Below are positions 1 to 10,907 of a stretch of DNA of 33,161 nt, piece after piece. Position 1 is the stretch's first letter; each line of letters begins with the position of its first letter. This DNA is from Octopus bimaculoides (Eukaryota), in NCBI RefSeq assembly GCF_001194135.2, contig NC_068997.1, positions 53,338,477 to 53,371,637 on the forward strand. Reading direction: 5' to 3'. The notes under the pieces are model-generated. The model saw nothing but the letters and a program-made list of their open reading frames with translations, was not told the origin of the DNA and did no database searches. The position numbers and the translations under genes are program-made.

Positions 1-56
<56 letters not shown>

Positions 57-130
57 ACACACTCACATGAACACATACACGCACATATATATTTTAGTTC
101 TGTGTATACATATTCATGTGTGTGTGTGTC
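1..130. repeat. (AT)n microsatellite grading into (TG/CA)n
   Basis: Direct dinucleotide tandem repeats at the window start. Confidence 0.95.
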
Positions 131-540
131 TGTACGGTGTATTTGTATTGAGAAAAAATAAGTGTTCTTAGTATTTAATTCAATAGCATGGACAACATAC
201 TGTGTACTTTACTAAGATTTCAAGTTATAAAACTCCTCATCGGAAACAAATGTCTTCAAGAGTATTTTGTTCAAAATTCTCTGCTTGCATGACAAAAACG
301 CACAATTATTTAGTGATTTACCTTGCAGTAAATATGCATTTCTCACTCAGAATATTGTATGACTTTCATGGCTGTTGAAGAATTGTACTTCGATGCCATA
401 GTCTACGGAATTGGTCTCTGGACAACCATGTTGGTTTTCAATGTTTTGTATCACAAACGTACTTCGTAATATGATCATATCGATATATATTAATATCTAA
501 ATATGACTCTATGTGTGTATGCGTTTGTATACGAAATATC

Positions 541-807
541 AACAAGATCACTCAGAGAGCGCAAAGTTCCGCCATGGCAGCACCAATGTCCTCTCAACGA
601 TTAGCCAGAGATGGTTTTTAAAATGAGAATATCTGAAATAAACTCTATTCCTCTCACAAATGAGAATACTAAAAATGAAAATCTAGTAAAAAAAAAAAAA
701 CCGGATAAGTAATCCAGAATCCTTGTCCGGTACCTGATCAATCTCAAAACCTAATCAATTCATGCCAGTCACGAGGCAAAACATCCCTGAAAGTGTCATC
801 CAAATCC
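541..807 (+). mobile_element. Non-autonomous Helitron/Helentron-like (DINE/HINE-type) interspersed repeat, 5' part
   Basis: Starts AACAAGATCACTCAGAGAGCGCA and ends ...CCCTGAAAGTGTCATCCAAATCC, resembling the 'TTTCATCCAAATC' signature of DINE-1/Lep1-like elements. It stops abruptly where a SINE begins. Family assignment is from recall, not a database search. Confidence 0.5.
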
Positions 808-970
808 GAGTTCAAATTCCGCCGAGGTCGACTTTGCCTTTCATCCTTTCGCGAGCGATTAAATAAGTACCAGTTATGCACTGGGGTCGATGTAATCGAC
901 TTAATCCGTTTGTCTGTCCTTGTTTGTCCCTTCCGTGTGTAGCCCCTTGTGGGCAGCAAAGAAATAAGAA
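808..970 (+). mobile_element. tRNA-derived SINE family A (Meta-domain-like core), 5'-truncated
   Basis: B-box GAGTTCAAATTCC followed by the core GTCGACTTTGCCTTTCATCCTTTCG...AAGTACCAGTT...CTGGGGTCGATGTAATCGAC, shared with other copies in this window. Confidence 0.9.
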
Positions 971-984
971 ATAATGTTGAGAAT

Positions 985-1830
985 AGGAGCGATGGTGTTC
1001 GTGGAGAGAAACAGTGGTATAGAATGGTATTACTAATGTCGGTACCTTTTTAATGTTAATGTTATTTCTGATGTGTGTTAGGATGTGGGTATATAGCGAT
1101 GGTGGCGATGGCGGTAGCGTTGGTACCGCGTATGGAGTGGTGGTGATGGTATCGGTTCTAGTATTGGTTATACGGAGACTAGTAGCATTTGGTACCGTTA
1201 ACGGTGGTGGTGTTGTTGGCGGTGCAGGTAGTGGGGGTGTTGGTGTTGGAGCTAGTGGTAGGAGTGGCAGTGGTAGTGTTGCTGTTTTTGGTGGTGGCAT
1301 TGGTGGTCGTCGTAATGGTGGTCATGGCGCCAGTAGTAGGAGTGGTATTGATAATGGAGTTGGTCATGGTGGCGTAGGTGCTGTCAGTCGGTGATAGAGT
1401 GGCGGTGGTGTGGCTGTAGCTATATGACGGCGATCGTGCTACACCTCAACCTTGCACTGAAGACGGTTGTGTAGGTGGTAGTAGAGGTGGTGATAGACAT
1501 GTTTGCTGTGATAGATGCAGCGGCGATGGTGGTGGCAGTGCTGGATATGGTCGTAGCATGATGATGATGGCGGTGGTTGTGTTTGAAGCGGCGGCGTCGA
1601 TGTTAGTGTTGATGGTGACGACGATGGTGGTGGCCGTGGTGGATACGCTCGAGGTGGACGTAGTGGTGTTGGTGATGGTGTTGGGGTTGGGAGTGTCATT
1701 GTGGTGTTTGTGCTGGACGAAGTGCTAGGACTGCATTTGGTGTTGATAGTGATGGAGTTGGCGGGAGAACTGATGTTGGCCTGATTGCGACAATGTTTCT
1801 TGCTATGGCCGCCATTAGTGGTCGCTCAGT
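985..1830. repeat. Cryptic (GGT/GTG/GAT)n trinucleotide low-complexity tract
   Basis: Degenerate GGT-rich triplets giving overlapping Gly/Val-rich and Thr/Pro-rich ORFs on both strands, with stops interspersed. Confidence 0.85.
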
Positions 1831-1831
1831 A

Positions 1832-1862
<31 letters not shown>

Positions 1863-1995
1863 GTATACACATATTCCTGTATGTATGAATATATATATAT
1901 ATATATGTATATGCACACGTATGTGTCTGCGCATATATATTGTAGATATGTATATATATATATATATACACACATACACACACACATATATATAT
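1830..1995. repeat. (ATAC)n, (AT)n and (CA)n microsatellites
   Basis: Direct tandem repeats. Confidence 0.9.
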
Positions 1996-2087
1996 TTACG
2001 CTCTATAAAGGAAATGCTAGTTGCAGGGCAGTTTTTGCGTTGCTGCAGAAACGGAAGCTTGAGGTTTTTACTATTGTTGTAGTTGTT

Positions 2088-2088
2088 A

Positions 2089-2149
<61 letters not shown>

Positions 2150-2240
2150 GTCATTATCATTATTCTTCACAAATTCTTCTTCTTATTGTTGTAGTCGTAA
2201 CTGGATAGTTATATTATTATTATTATTATTATTATTATCG
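2088..2240. repeat. (TTA)n microsatellites
   Basis: Two perfect TTA runs separated by a short unique spacer. Confidence 0.95.
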
Positions 2241-2700
2241 TTTCTGATTTTCGCGTTTTATTATTTTTTCTTCATTTTTCTTGTTTTTTTTCTTTTTTTT
2301 TCTTCTACCATTTTCCTTTTGGGTGACATTGCATTGGAGAAGTGAGGAAGGGTTNNNNNNNNNNNNNNNNNNNNNNNNNNNNNNNNNNNNNNNNNNNNNN
2401 NNNNNNNNNNNNNNNNNNNNNNNNNNNNNNNNNNNNNNNNNNNNNNNNNNNNNNNNNNNNNNNNNNNNNNNNNNNNNNNNNNNNNNNNNNNNNNNNNNNN
2501 NNNNNNNNNNNNNNNNNNNNNNNNNNNNNNNNNNNNNNNNNNNNNNNNNNNNNNNNNNNNNNNNNNNNNNNNNNNNNNNNNNNNNNNNNNNNNNNNNNNN
2601 NNNNNNNNNNNNNNNNNNNNNNNNNNNNNNNNNNNNNNNNNNNNNNNNNNNNNNNNNNNNNNNNNNNNNNNNNNNNNNNNNNNNNNNNNNNNNNNNNNNN

Positions 2701-2757
2701 GGCAACGTCTTCAAGATTTCTAGTCTCCCATATAAAACCATCAATAGCATCATCGTC

Positions 2758-2825
<68 letters not shown>

Positions 2826-2937
2826 CGTCAGGACCACTATCCTTCTCCACTCCCTCCTCCTCAACCTCCTCCTCTTGGACATTTTTCTCCTCCTCCTCTT
2901 CAACATCTTTCTCCTCCTCTTCAACATCTTTCTCCTC
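2701..2937 (-). repeat. Compound (GAG)/(GCT)/(GAT) triplet tract; possible acidic coding segment
   Basis: Minus frame reads EEKDVEEEEKDVEEEEEKNVQEEE...AAAAAAAAAADDDDDDDDDGDDDDDAIDGFIWETRNLEDVA. Both ends lie in N-gaps, so splice sites are invisible. Confidence 0.6.
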
Positions 2938-3798
2938 NNNNNNNNNNNNNNNNNNNNNNNNNNNNNNNNNNNNNNNNNNNNNNNNNNNNNNNNNNNNNNN
3001 NNNNNNNNNNNNNNNNNNNNNNNNNNNNNNNNNNNNNNNNNNNNNNNNNNNNNNNNNNNNNNNNNNNNNNNNNNNNNNNNNNNNNNNNNNNNNNNNNNNN
3101 NNNNNNNNNNNNNNNNNNNNNNNNNNNNNNNNNNNNNNNNNNNNNNNNNNNNNNNNNNNNNNNNNNNNNNNNNNNNNNNNNNNNNNNNNNNNNNNNNNNN
3201 NNNNNNNNNNNNNNNNNNNNNNNNNNNNNNNNNNNNNNNNNNNNNNNNNNNNNNNNNNNNNNNNNNNNNNNNNNNNNNNNNNNNNNNNNNNNNNNNNNNN
3301 NNNNNNNNNNNNNNNNNNNNNNNNNNNNNNNNNNNNNNNNNNNNNNNNNNNNNNNNNNNNNNNNNNNNNNNNNNNNNNNNNNNNNNNNNNNNNNNNNNNN
3401 NNNNNNNNNNNNNNNNNNNNNNNNNNNNNNNNNNNNNNNNNNNNNNNNNNNNNNNNNNNNNNNNNNNNNNNNNNNNNNNNNNNNNNNNNNNNNNNNNNNN
3501 NNNNNNNNNNNNNNNNNNNNNNNNNNNNNNNNNNNNNNNNNNNNNNNNNNNNNNNNNNNNNNNNNNNNNNNNNNNNNNNNNNNNNNNNNNNNNNNNNNNN
3601 NNNNNNNNNNNNNNNNNNNNNNNNNNNNNNNNNNNNNNNNNNNNNNNNNNNNNNNNNNNNNNNNNNNNNNNNNNNNNNNNNNNNNNNNNNNNNNNNNNNN
3701 NNNNNNNNNNNNNNNNNNNNNNNNNNNNNNNNNNNNNNNNNNNNNNNNNNNNNNNNNNNNNNNNNNNNNNNNNNNNNNNNNNNNNNNNNNNNNNNNNN

Positions 3799-4480
3799 CA
3801 CAACCATCACCATCATTACCACCACAACCACCGCCACCACAAACGCCCCGACCACCACTACTACCACTACTACCACAACCACCACGTCCACCACCATAAC
3901 CGCCGCCGCCACCGCCACAACAACCCACCACAACTACTACTGCCACGACCGTCACTCCCTGAATATGTTATTGTTGTCTATGTTACATTTCCTCGCACCA
4001 ATCGCCAAACTTAGACATATAATGACATATAGTATAGGTCATAGTATAGGAATGTAGTATAGGTTGCAGTAGTGCTGTGGTAGTATTAGTGTTGGTGGAG
4101 ACGGCGATGGCATTGGGAGATGGCGTTGGGGATTGTGGTATTGGTGGGAGTATTTAGTGTAGTTTGTTAAATGAATGGCTGAATAATGGTGGTGATGGTG
4201 GTTGTGGTAGAGGCGATGGTTATGGTGGCGGTAGGGGTGGTAGTGGTGGAGGTTGTGATGGTGGTAGTGGTGGTATTGAGGTGATGGTGGTGGTGGTTGG
4301 GATGAAAATGGTGGTGATGGTCGTAGAGGCGATGGTAGTGGTGGTGGTGGTGGTGGTGGTAGCGGTGGTGGTAGTGGTTGTAGTGGTGATGGTGGTGATG
4401 GTGGTGGTTGATGGATGGGTATTACGGGTAATAACAGTGGTTGGTGATGGTATTAATATTAGTGGTAATATTATATTTTG
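3799..4480. repeat. Cryptic (ACC)n then (GGT)n trinucleotide low-complexity tracts
   Basis: CAC/ACC-rich 3799-3950 and GGT-rich ~4080-4450, in opposite orientation around a short unique spacer. Confidence 0.85.
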
Positions 4481-4650
4481 CAAATGTCAACTTGAGTGTT
4501 TATGTAACTGGAGACAGTGTTAGTTGTGGTGCTGGTACAAGTGCTAAATGGAGTGGTGATGACGTCAGATATGCAGATCACTAATTGTTATTGGCCAATA
4601 GTCTTCGGTGCAGGCTTTTTAGTTGTTCTTTTAATCTAAAATTCTGTCAA

Positions 4651-4852
4651 TATTCTTTTCTACTCTAGGCACAAAACCCGAAATTTTGGGGGAGGGGACC
4701 AGTTGATTAGATCGACCCCATTACGCAACTGGTACTTAATTTATCGACCCCGAAAGGATGAAAGGCAAAGTCGACCTCGGCGGAATTTGAACTCAGACGA
4801 AATACCGTTAAGCATTTCGCCCGGTGTGCTAACGTTTCTGCCAGTTCGCCGC
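4651..4852 (-). mobile_element. tRNA-derived SINE family A, near full length
   Basis: Reverse complement reads GCGGCGAACTGGCAGAAACGTTAGCACACCGGGCGAAATGCTT...GAGTTCAAATTCCGCCGAGGTCGACTTTGCCTTTCATCCTTTCGGGGTCGATAAATTAAGTACCAG, ending in an A-rich tail. A-box-like and B-box motifs are present. Confidence 0.93.
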
Positions 4853-4890
4853 ATTAAACTTCTATCAATAATGACATATAAAGAGGTGAC

Positions 4891-5030
4891 GTGCTGCCGG
4901 ACGATATGCTTAGCGGTATTTCATCCGTCTTTACGTTCTGAGTTCAAATTTCACTGAGGTTGACTTTGCCTTTCATCTTTTCGGGGTTGAAGATAATTAG
5001 TACCAGTTAAGCACTGGGATCGATCTAATC
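4891..5030 (+). mobile_element. tRNA-derived SINE family A, 3'-truncated
   Basis: ATGCTTAGCGGTATTTCATCCGTCTTTACGTTCTGAGTTCAAATT...GACTTTGCCTTTCATC...GTACCAGTT; inverted relative to the 4651-4852 copy. Confidence 0.9.
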
Positions 5031-5354
5031 ATGCTGGGGCATGACCACAGTTTTAGCCCTAGTACTTATTTTATCCACCTCTTTTGCCGAACTGCTAAGT
5101 TACGCGGGCGTAGACACACCAACACCGGTAGTTCAGCGGTGGTGGAGGGCAAACACGGACACAGATAAGCACAAAACAAGGCACACACACACATATGTAT
5201 ATACAAGAGGGGCTTCTACTAGATCCACTCTGAAACCTTTGGCCGGCCCGTGGCTATAGGTAGAAGACACATGCCCAAGGCTCCACGCAGTGGGACTGAA
5301 CCCGGAATCATGGGATTGGGAAGCAAACTTCATACCACACAGCGACGCTTGCGT
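5030..5354 (-). mobile_element. tRNA-derived CORE-type SINE family B (OR2-like)
   Basis: Reverse complement has head ...CCGGGTTCAGTCCCACTGCGTGGAGCCTTGGGCATGTGTCTTCTACC and a tail ending CCCCAGCATG; homologous to the 32341-32737 copy. Confidence 0.88.
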
Positions 5355-5374
5355 TTGTTACATATGAATATACT

Positions 5375-5975
5375 CAGACAACGCATGCGCATACACTGAC
5401 GTCACTTGCATACATACATAGATATATACATACATACATACATACATACATACATACATACATACATAAAAATACACAGTCCCTCACGCACACAGTGTAC
5501 ACCATAGCACACAGACAAACATATGCATACACAGTCATAAAGACGCATAGATACGTATGAAACACACACATACACACACACATACACAAATACAGTACAC
5601 AAATAACCACATACATGCACAAAATATAAAGACGCACACACACACACACACACACAGATACGAATATGAAACACACATTCACACATACACAGACACACAG
5701 GCACAGATAGAAAAGCTCGTTCGCACCAAAATCACACACACATACATACGCACACGCACACAGACACATACACACACATATATACGAAACCACGTTCACA
5801 CCAAAATCACACACACAAACACACGCATATACAAAAGCACGTTTGCATACATATACACACACATATACAAAAGCACACACATATACAAAAGCACCTTCGC
5901 ACCAAAATCACACACACACACACAAACACACGCGCGCGCGTGCACACACTCATAAACACACACACGCACACACAA
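5375..5975. repeat. (CATA)n/(CA)n microsatellite region with a thrice-repeated unit TTCGCACCAAAATCACACAC
   Basis: Unit starts at about 5720, 5795 and 5895, embedded in CA repeats. Confidence 0.85.
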
Positions 5976-6329
5976 GAAAAAACAATAATAAAATGCAAAA
6001 ATTCCTAAAAAAGACCTGTTTGGATGGAGGGGTGGGGGAAATAAATAAATCAAACAAAAAAAACAACAACCATAAATGAAAAAAAACATGAAAAATGTCT
6101 TGAATCCTAAAAGTTTGTTGTTTTTCTTATTGTTTTTTTGCTGAAAGGTTACAAGTTATATTGGAACAAATGAATGACATTTTGTAGCGTTCTGGAGTTA
6201 CCCCTCCCCCTCACACCTTCATCACCGCCACTCGCCAACATCAACACCGCTCCTAACCTACCGTTTGTTTTAAGTAACCATCGTAACATATATTCAACCA
6301 TTTTACAATTTAACCATTTTATCAAACAT

Positions 6330-6630
6330 CTACCATCAACCTTCATGCATCAACCATCAGGTATCAATCCTCGACGATTAACCATCAAGAGTGAATCAGC
6401 ATCCTTCAAACATCAAACATCAAGCGTAATCTTCAATCATCAACCGCTTACCATCAGCCGTCAAGCATCAACCGTCGTTAATCAATCACCAACGAGTAAC
6501 CATAACGTATCAATCATCAGTCATCATGCAGTAATCATCAAACAGCAAGAATCAACCTTCATCCGTCGACTAGCTACCATCAATCATTAAACACCTAACA
6601 CCAGTCATCAGCTATCAGTCATCAACCATT
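6330..6630. repeat. Degenerate heptanucleotide repeat, consensus (CATCAAC)n
   Basis: 7-bp register visible, e.g. catcaaa-catcaag, catcaac-cgcttac-catcagc-cgtcaag-catcaac. Confidence 0.75.
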
Positions 6631-6689
6631 GTATCAAATAAGTGTCAAATCACATAACCGAAAAATAACCATTTGCTGAGAACAATAAC

Positions 6690-6775
<86 letters not shown>

Positions 6776-6776
6776 G
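6690..6776. repeat. (GTA)n microsatellite with a (GTG)n interruption
   Basis: Direct tandem repeat. Confidence 0.95.
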
Positions 6777-6780
6777 GACA

Positions 6781-6970
6781 TCTTTTCCCTTCAATATTTC
6801 ACTTTTTGCAGTCATTAGACTGCGGCCATGCTTGGAGAATTTTTAGTCAATTGAATCGGCACCAGGAGTTCAAGCCTGGTACTTATTCTCTTGGTCTTAT
6901 TTCTAAAAACAAATCCCTAACTTAGGGGTACATAAACAAACCAACACCGTTTTTTGAAGCGGTGGGAGGG

Positions 6971-7014
<44 letters not shown>

Positions 7015-7070
7015 NNNNNNNNNNNNNNNNNNNNNNNNNNNNNNNNNNNNNNNNNNNNNNNNNNNNNNNN

Positions 7071-7132
<62 letters not shown>

Positions 7133-7296
7133 ATATATTCTTCGGGCTTTTCTTAGTTTCCATCTATGATATCGACTCACAAAGTTTTGTTGGCCCGAGG
7201 TTATAGTAGAAGACACTTGCCTAAGGTGTTATGCAGTAAGATTGAACCCAGAACCATGTGATTGAGAATCAAACGTCTTAACACACAGCCACACCT
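6781..7296 (-). mobile_element. SINE family B, full length, with an expanded internal (CA)n containing an N-gap
   Basis: 3' half at 6781-6970 (TAGACTGCGGCCATGCT...GGTACTTATTC), 5' half at 7130-7296 (TATAGTAGAAGACACTTGCCTAAGGTG...GAACCCAGAACCATGTG). Confidence 0.85.
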
Positions 7297-7522
7297 AAGT
7301 AAATTGCATTTCAGACAACCATATTTATATTACCGGTTCCTCTAAACAAATTTCACTTCCTTTATAACAGAGATACACTTGGGAAATGCATGAACACCAC
7401 AACACCTGCATTTATTAGCTGTTGCATTTACTTTACAATAAAACTAAAACAAAATGTCGCCTGTTATAAATTGCAAGACTCCACAGCTAAATAGGTGTGG
7501 CGCTAACGTTACTCACAAACAA

Positions 7523-7523
7523 A

Positions 7524-7569
<46 letters not shown>

Positions 7570-7570
7570 G
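7523..7570. repeat. (ATT)n microsatellite
   Basis: Perfect tandem repeat. Confidence 0.95.
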
Positions 7571-7968
7571 TAGATACTGTTGTTTTGGTTGTTGTTGTTG
7601 TTTATATTGTGGTGTTATTTATATTCTATTTATTTTCTCTCTATTTAACAGAGTAATGGGAAGGTTTCATTATTGCATTTTTCTAAATTGCATTTATGTT
7701 TACACACTTAAATGAACAAGTGTTTAAGTGCGTCTATATATATATATATATATANNNNNNNNNNNNNNNNNNNNNNNNNNNNNNNNNNNNNNNNNNNNNN
7801 NNNNNNNNNNNNAATATATACACATATATAAACATATATATATATTTATAAATAAAAATATATTTATATATATAAATATATATATATATATATGAATGTA
7901 TGTATACATACTCACATACACACACATACACACACATACACACACACACACACATATTTATATATCAC

Positions 7969-8150
7969 CGGCATGTGTATGTTGGAGCAACATGTTCTGG
8001 CAGCAAGTGATAGCTATTATTCTCCAAGAGCTTGAGGTCTTGGCTGACATTTTTGACTTCAGCACTAATTTTACAAATGGCAACAGGACGCTGGTATTTC
8101 GGAATGGTTCGCATCACAAACATTCGTCTCAAACCAGTCATCTTTACCTC
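7969..8150 (-). CDS. Candidate internal coding exon, product unknown (EVKMTGLRRMFVMRTIPKYQRPVAICKISAEVKNVSQDLKLLENNSYHLLPEHVAPTYTC)
   Basis: Non-repetitive island between microsatellites; 60 open codons bounded by AG (aataag) and GT (gtgata). Both splice sites are weak and I recognise no homology. Confidence 0.3.
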
Positions 8151-9643
8151 CTTATTGCATGTCAACGTATCAAACAAAATATGCATATACACAATTCTGT
8201 GTATATATTAATGGTTTTATGCAACAGTTTATTTCTCTATCTATTTATCAATATATATATGTATGTATCTATGTGTCTTACTATCTCTCTCTTTCTCCCT
8301 CCACTTTTCTTTCTCTTTATATATATATGTATTTGAACATGTTTGTATATATACGTATGTTTATCGAGTATGTTAAAGCGTGCGAAAGTATGTATAAATT
8401 TACATGTAGAAGTAAACATACACACATACATACACAGACAGTCATACAATCAGACACACCCCTACGTACCTATATTGTCGTACATCTNNNNNNNNNNNNN
8501 NNNNNNNNNNNNNNNNNNNNNNNNNNNNNNNNNNNNNNNNNNNNNNNNNNNNNNNNNNNNNNNNNNNNNNNNNNNNNNNNNNNNNNNNNNNNNNNNNNNN
8601 NNNNNNNNNNNNNNNNNNNNNNNNNNNNNNNNNNNNNNNNNNNNNNNNNNNNNNNNNNNNNNNNNNNNNNNNNNNNNNNNNNNNNNNNNNNNNNNNNNNN
8701 NNNNNNNNNNNNNNNNNNNNNNNNNNNNNNNNNNNNNNNNNNNNNNNNNNNNNNNNNNNNNNNNNNNNNNNNNNNNNNNNNNNNNNNNNNNNNNNNNNNN
8801 NNNNNNNNNNNNNNNNNNNNNNNNNNNNNNNNNNNNNNNNNNNNNNNNNNNNNNNNNNNNNNNNNNNNNNNNNNNNNNNNNNNNNNNNNNNNNNNNNNNN
8901 NNNNNNNNNNNNNNNNNNNNNNNNNNNNNNNNNNNNNNNNNNNNNNNNNNNNNNNNNNNNNNNNNNNNNNNNNNNNNNNNNNNNNNNNNNNNNNNNNNNN
9001 NNNNNNNNNNNNNNNNNNNNNNNNNNNNNNNNNNNNNNNNNNNNNNNNNNNNNNNNNNNNNNNNNNNNNNNNNNNNNNNNNNNNNNNNNNNNNNNNNNNN
9101 NNNNNNNNNNNNNNNNNNNNNNNNNNNNNNNNNNNNNNNNNNNNNNNNNNNNNNNNNNNNNNNNNNNNNNNNNNNNNNNNNNNNNNNNNNNNNNNNNNNN
9201 NNNNNNNNNNNNNNNNNNNNNNNNNNNNNNNNNNNNNNNNNNNNNNNNNNNNNNNNNNNNNNNNNNNNNNNNNNNNNNNNNNNNNNNNNNNNNNNNNNNN
9301 NNNNNNNNNNNNNNNNNNNNNNNNNNNNNNNNNNNNNNNNTATATATATATATATATATATATATATGTTTATCTTCCTGTATCTTTGTAATATAAAGCA
9401 TATATATATATATATGTATTTGAACATGTTTGTATATATACGTATGTTTATCGAGTATGTTAAAGCGTGCGAAAGTATGTATAAATTTACATGTAGAAGT
9501 AAACATACACACATACATACACAGACAGTCATACAATCAGACACACCCCTACGTACCTATATTGTCGTACATCTATACGCATGCGAGTGTATATATATAT
9601 ATGTATCTGGGTACTTAGAATCTAATGATTTCTTTTTACTTAC

Positions 9644-9696
9644 CTCATTATAAAAAGATGAATGCCAGGTTAGCAAAACTAACGATACCCTGTTTA
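9644..9696 (-). CDS. Candidate small coding exon (NRVSLVLLTWHSSFYNE)
   Basis: Strong donor GAG|gtaagt, acceptor tatcttgtacag, one open frame ending in phase 0, compatible with the 7969-8150 candidate. Confidence 0.3.
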
Positions 9697-9738
9697 CTGT
9701 ACAAGATACCCGCACACACAAATATACATGCTTGAATA

Positions 9739-9821
<83 letters not shown>

Positions 9822-10403
9822 TTTCATGCATACATATGTACATATATTTATGTAAATATATACATATGTGAATAAAACACACACACATATAACGATGTAT
9901 GTATATATGTACCTATATACAAATATATACATATTTAGGTATATACACACGCATATGTACATCATCCCTTTGTGAAGGTTCATATAGTTAAGGCGCATAG
10001 GGTGGGGTGGTGACTTGATTTAAGGTCAACTTACAAGGGTGTAGCAGTGTTCTTTTTGTTTTACATTTATTCATTTATCTATTTATTTAATGGCTGTATC
10101 TAGAGATCTGAGATTGGGAGCAGTGAAGTGGAGAGAAAGGATGGAGAGGGTGGTAGTGACGAGAAAGAGAGAGTGTGAGGGAGAAGAGAGAGAGAGAAAG
10201 AGAGAGAGAGTATGAGGGAGAAGAGAAAGAAAGAGAGAGCGAAAGTGAGTGGAGGACACGGTTGGATGGTCTCAGTGATATTAATGATTAATTGATAGAT
10301 TGAATGACACCCTGCTCTGTTTCTCCACCCCTGTATAAATTCTGTATAGATATATGTTTGAATGTGTCTGTGTGTGTATGTGTGTGTTTATGTGTGTGTG
10401 TGC

Positions 10404-10457
<54 letters not shown>

Positions 10458-10530
10458 NNNNNNNNNNNNNNNNNNNNNNNNNNNNNNNNNNNNNNNNNNN
10501 NNNNNNNNNNNNGTTTATGTGTGTGTGTGC

Positions 10531-10579
<49 letters not shown>

Positions 10580-10843
10580 CATAATAGGTATATTATAACT
10601 GTATATAATATTATACATTATATATACATATACAAATATACATATATACATACACAGACACACAAACATACACACACAAACACACATATACATGCACACG
10701 TGCGGCGCATATATACATACGATTTTATCGGGGTGTCACTGGGTGTCTCTCTTATTCAACCAGTTAGTTCTAATAACCTATATACTTGGTAAAACTTAGG
10801 AGAAACTGTCAATGTAATTTCCATACATCTTGGGACAATGCAC

Positions 10844-10880
10844 CTGTATTGAGTTCTTCACTGAACCGAAATTGTCGGTC
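10844..10880 (-). CDS. Candidate small coding exon (DRQFRFSEELNT)
   Basis: ttataaaag| ... CAG|gtgcat; the phase 1 end fits the start of the 9644-9696 candidate. Splice sites are weak. Confidence 0.15.
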
Positions 10881-10907
10881 CTTTTATAAGACCCAATACA
10901 CTCACGT

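Noticed and set aside
338-470. Hydrophobic plus-strand peptide EYCMTFMAVEELYFDAIVYGIGLWTTMLVFNVLYHK (claudin-like GLW)
   Set aside because: About 45 codons, no convincing donor, and the claudin cysteines are missing. The opposite strand has a donor but stops in all frames.
812-1983. Pro/Thr-rich and Gly/Val-rich ORFs (mucin- or glycine-rich-protein-like)
   Set aside because: These are simultaneous ORFs in many frames of a degenerate triplet tract, with frequent stops. The same pattern occurs at 4164-4523 and 28208-29120.
2235-4057. Long ORFs (340-580 aa) here and at 8159-9653, 11580-12639, 15308-16163, 20992-21738 and 25019-25991
   Set aside because: Their length comes from N-gaps translated as X plus microsatellites; there is no coding evidence.
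5715-5925. CRISPR-like repeat-spacer array
   Set aside because: Only three imperfect units with CA-microsatellite spacers, in a eukaryotic context with no cas genes.
8070-8150. Tetraspanin-like GKDDWFETNVCDANHSEIPASCCHL in an alternative minus frame, plus a KCRCCGV motif near 7420
   Set aside because: A stop follows immediately, the CCG motif lies downstream rather than upstream as a tetraspanin requires, and the splice phases do not fit.
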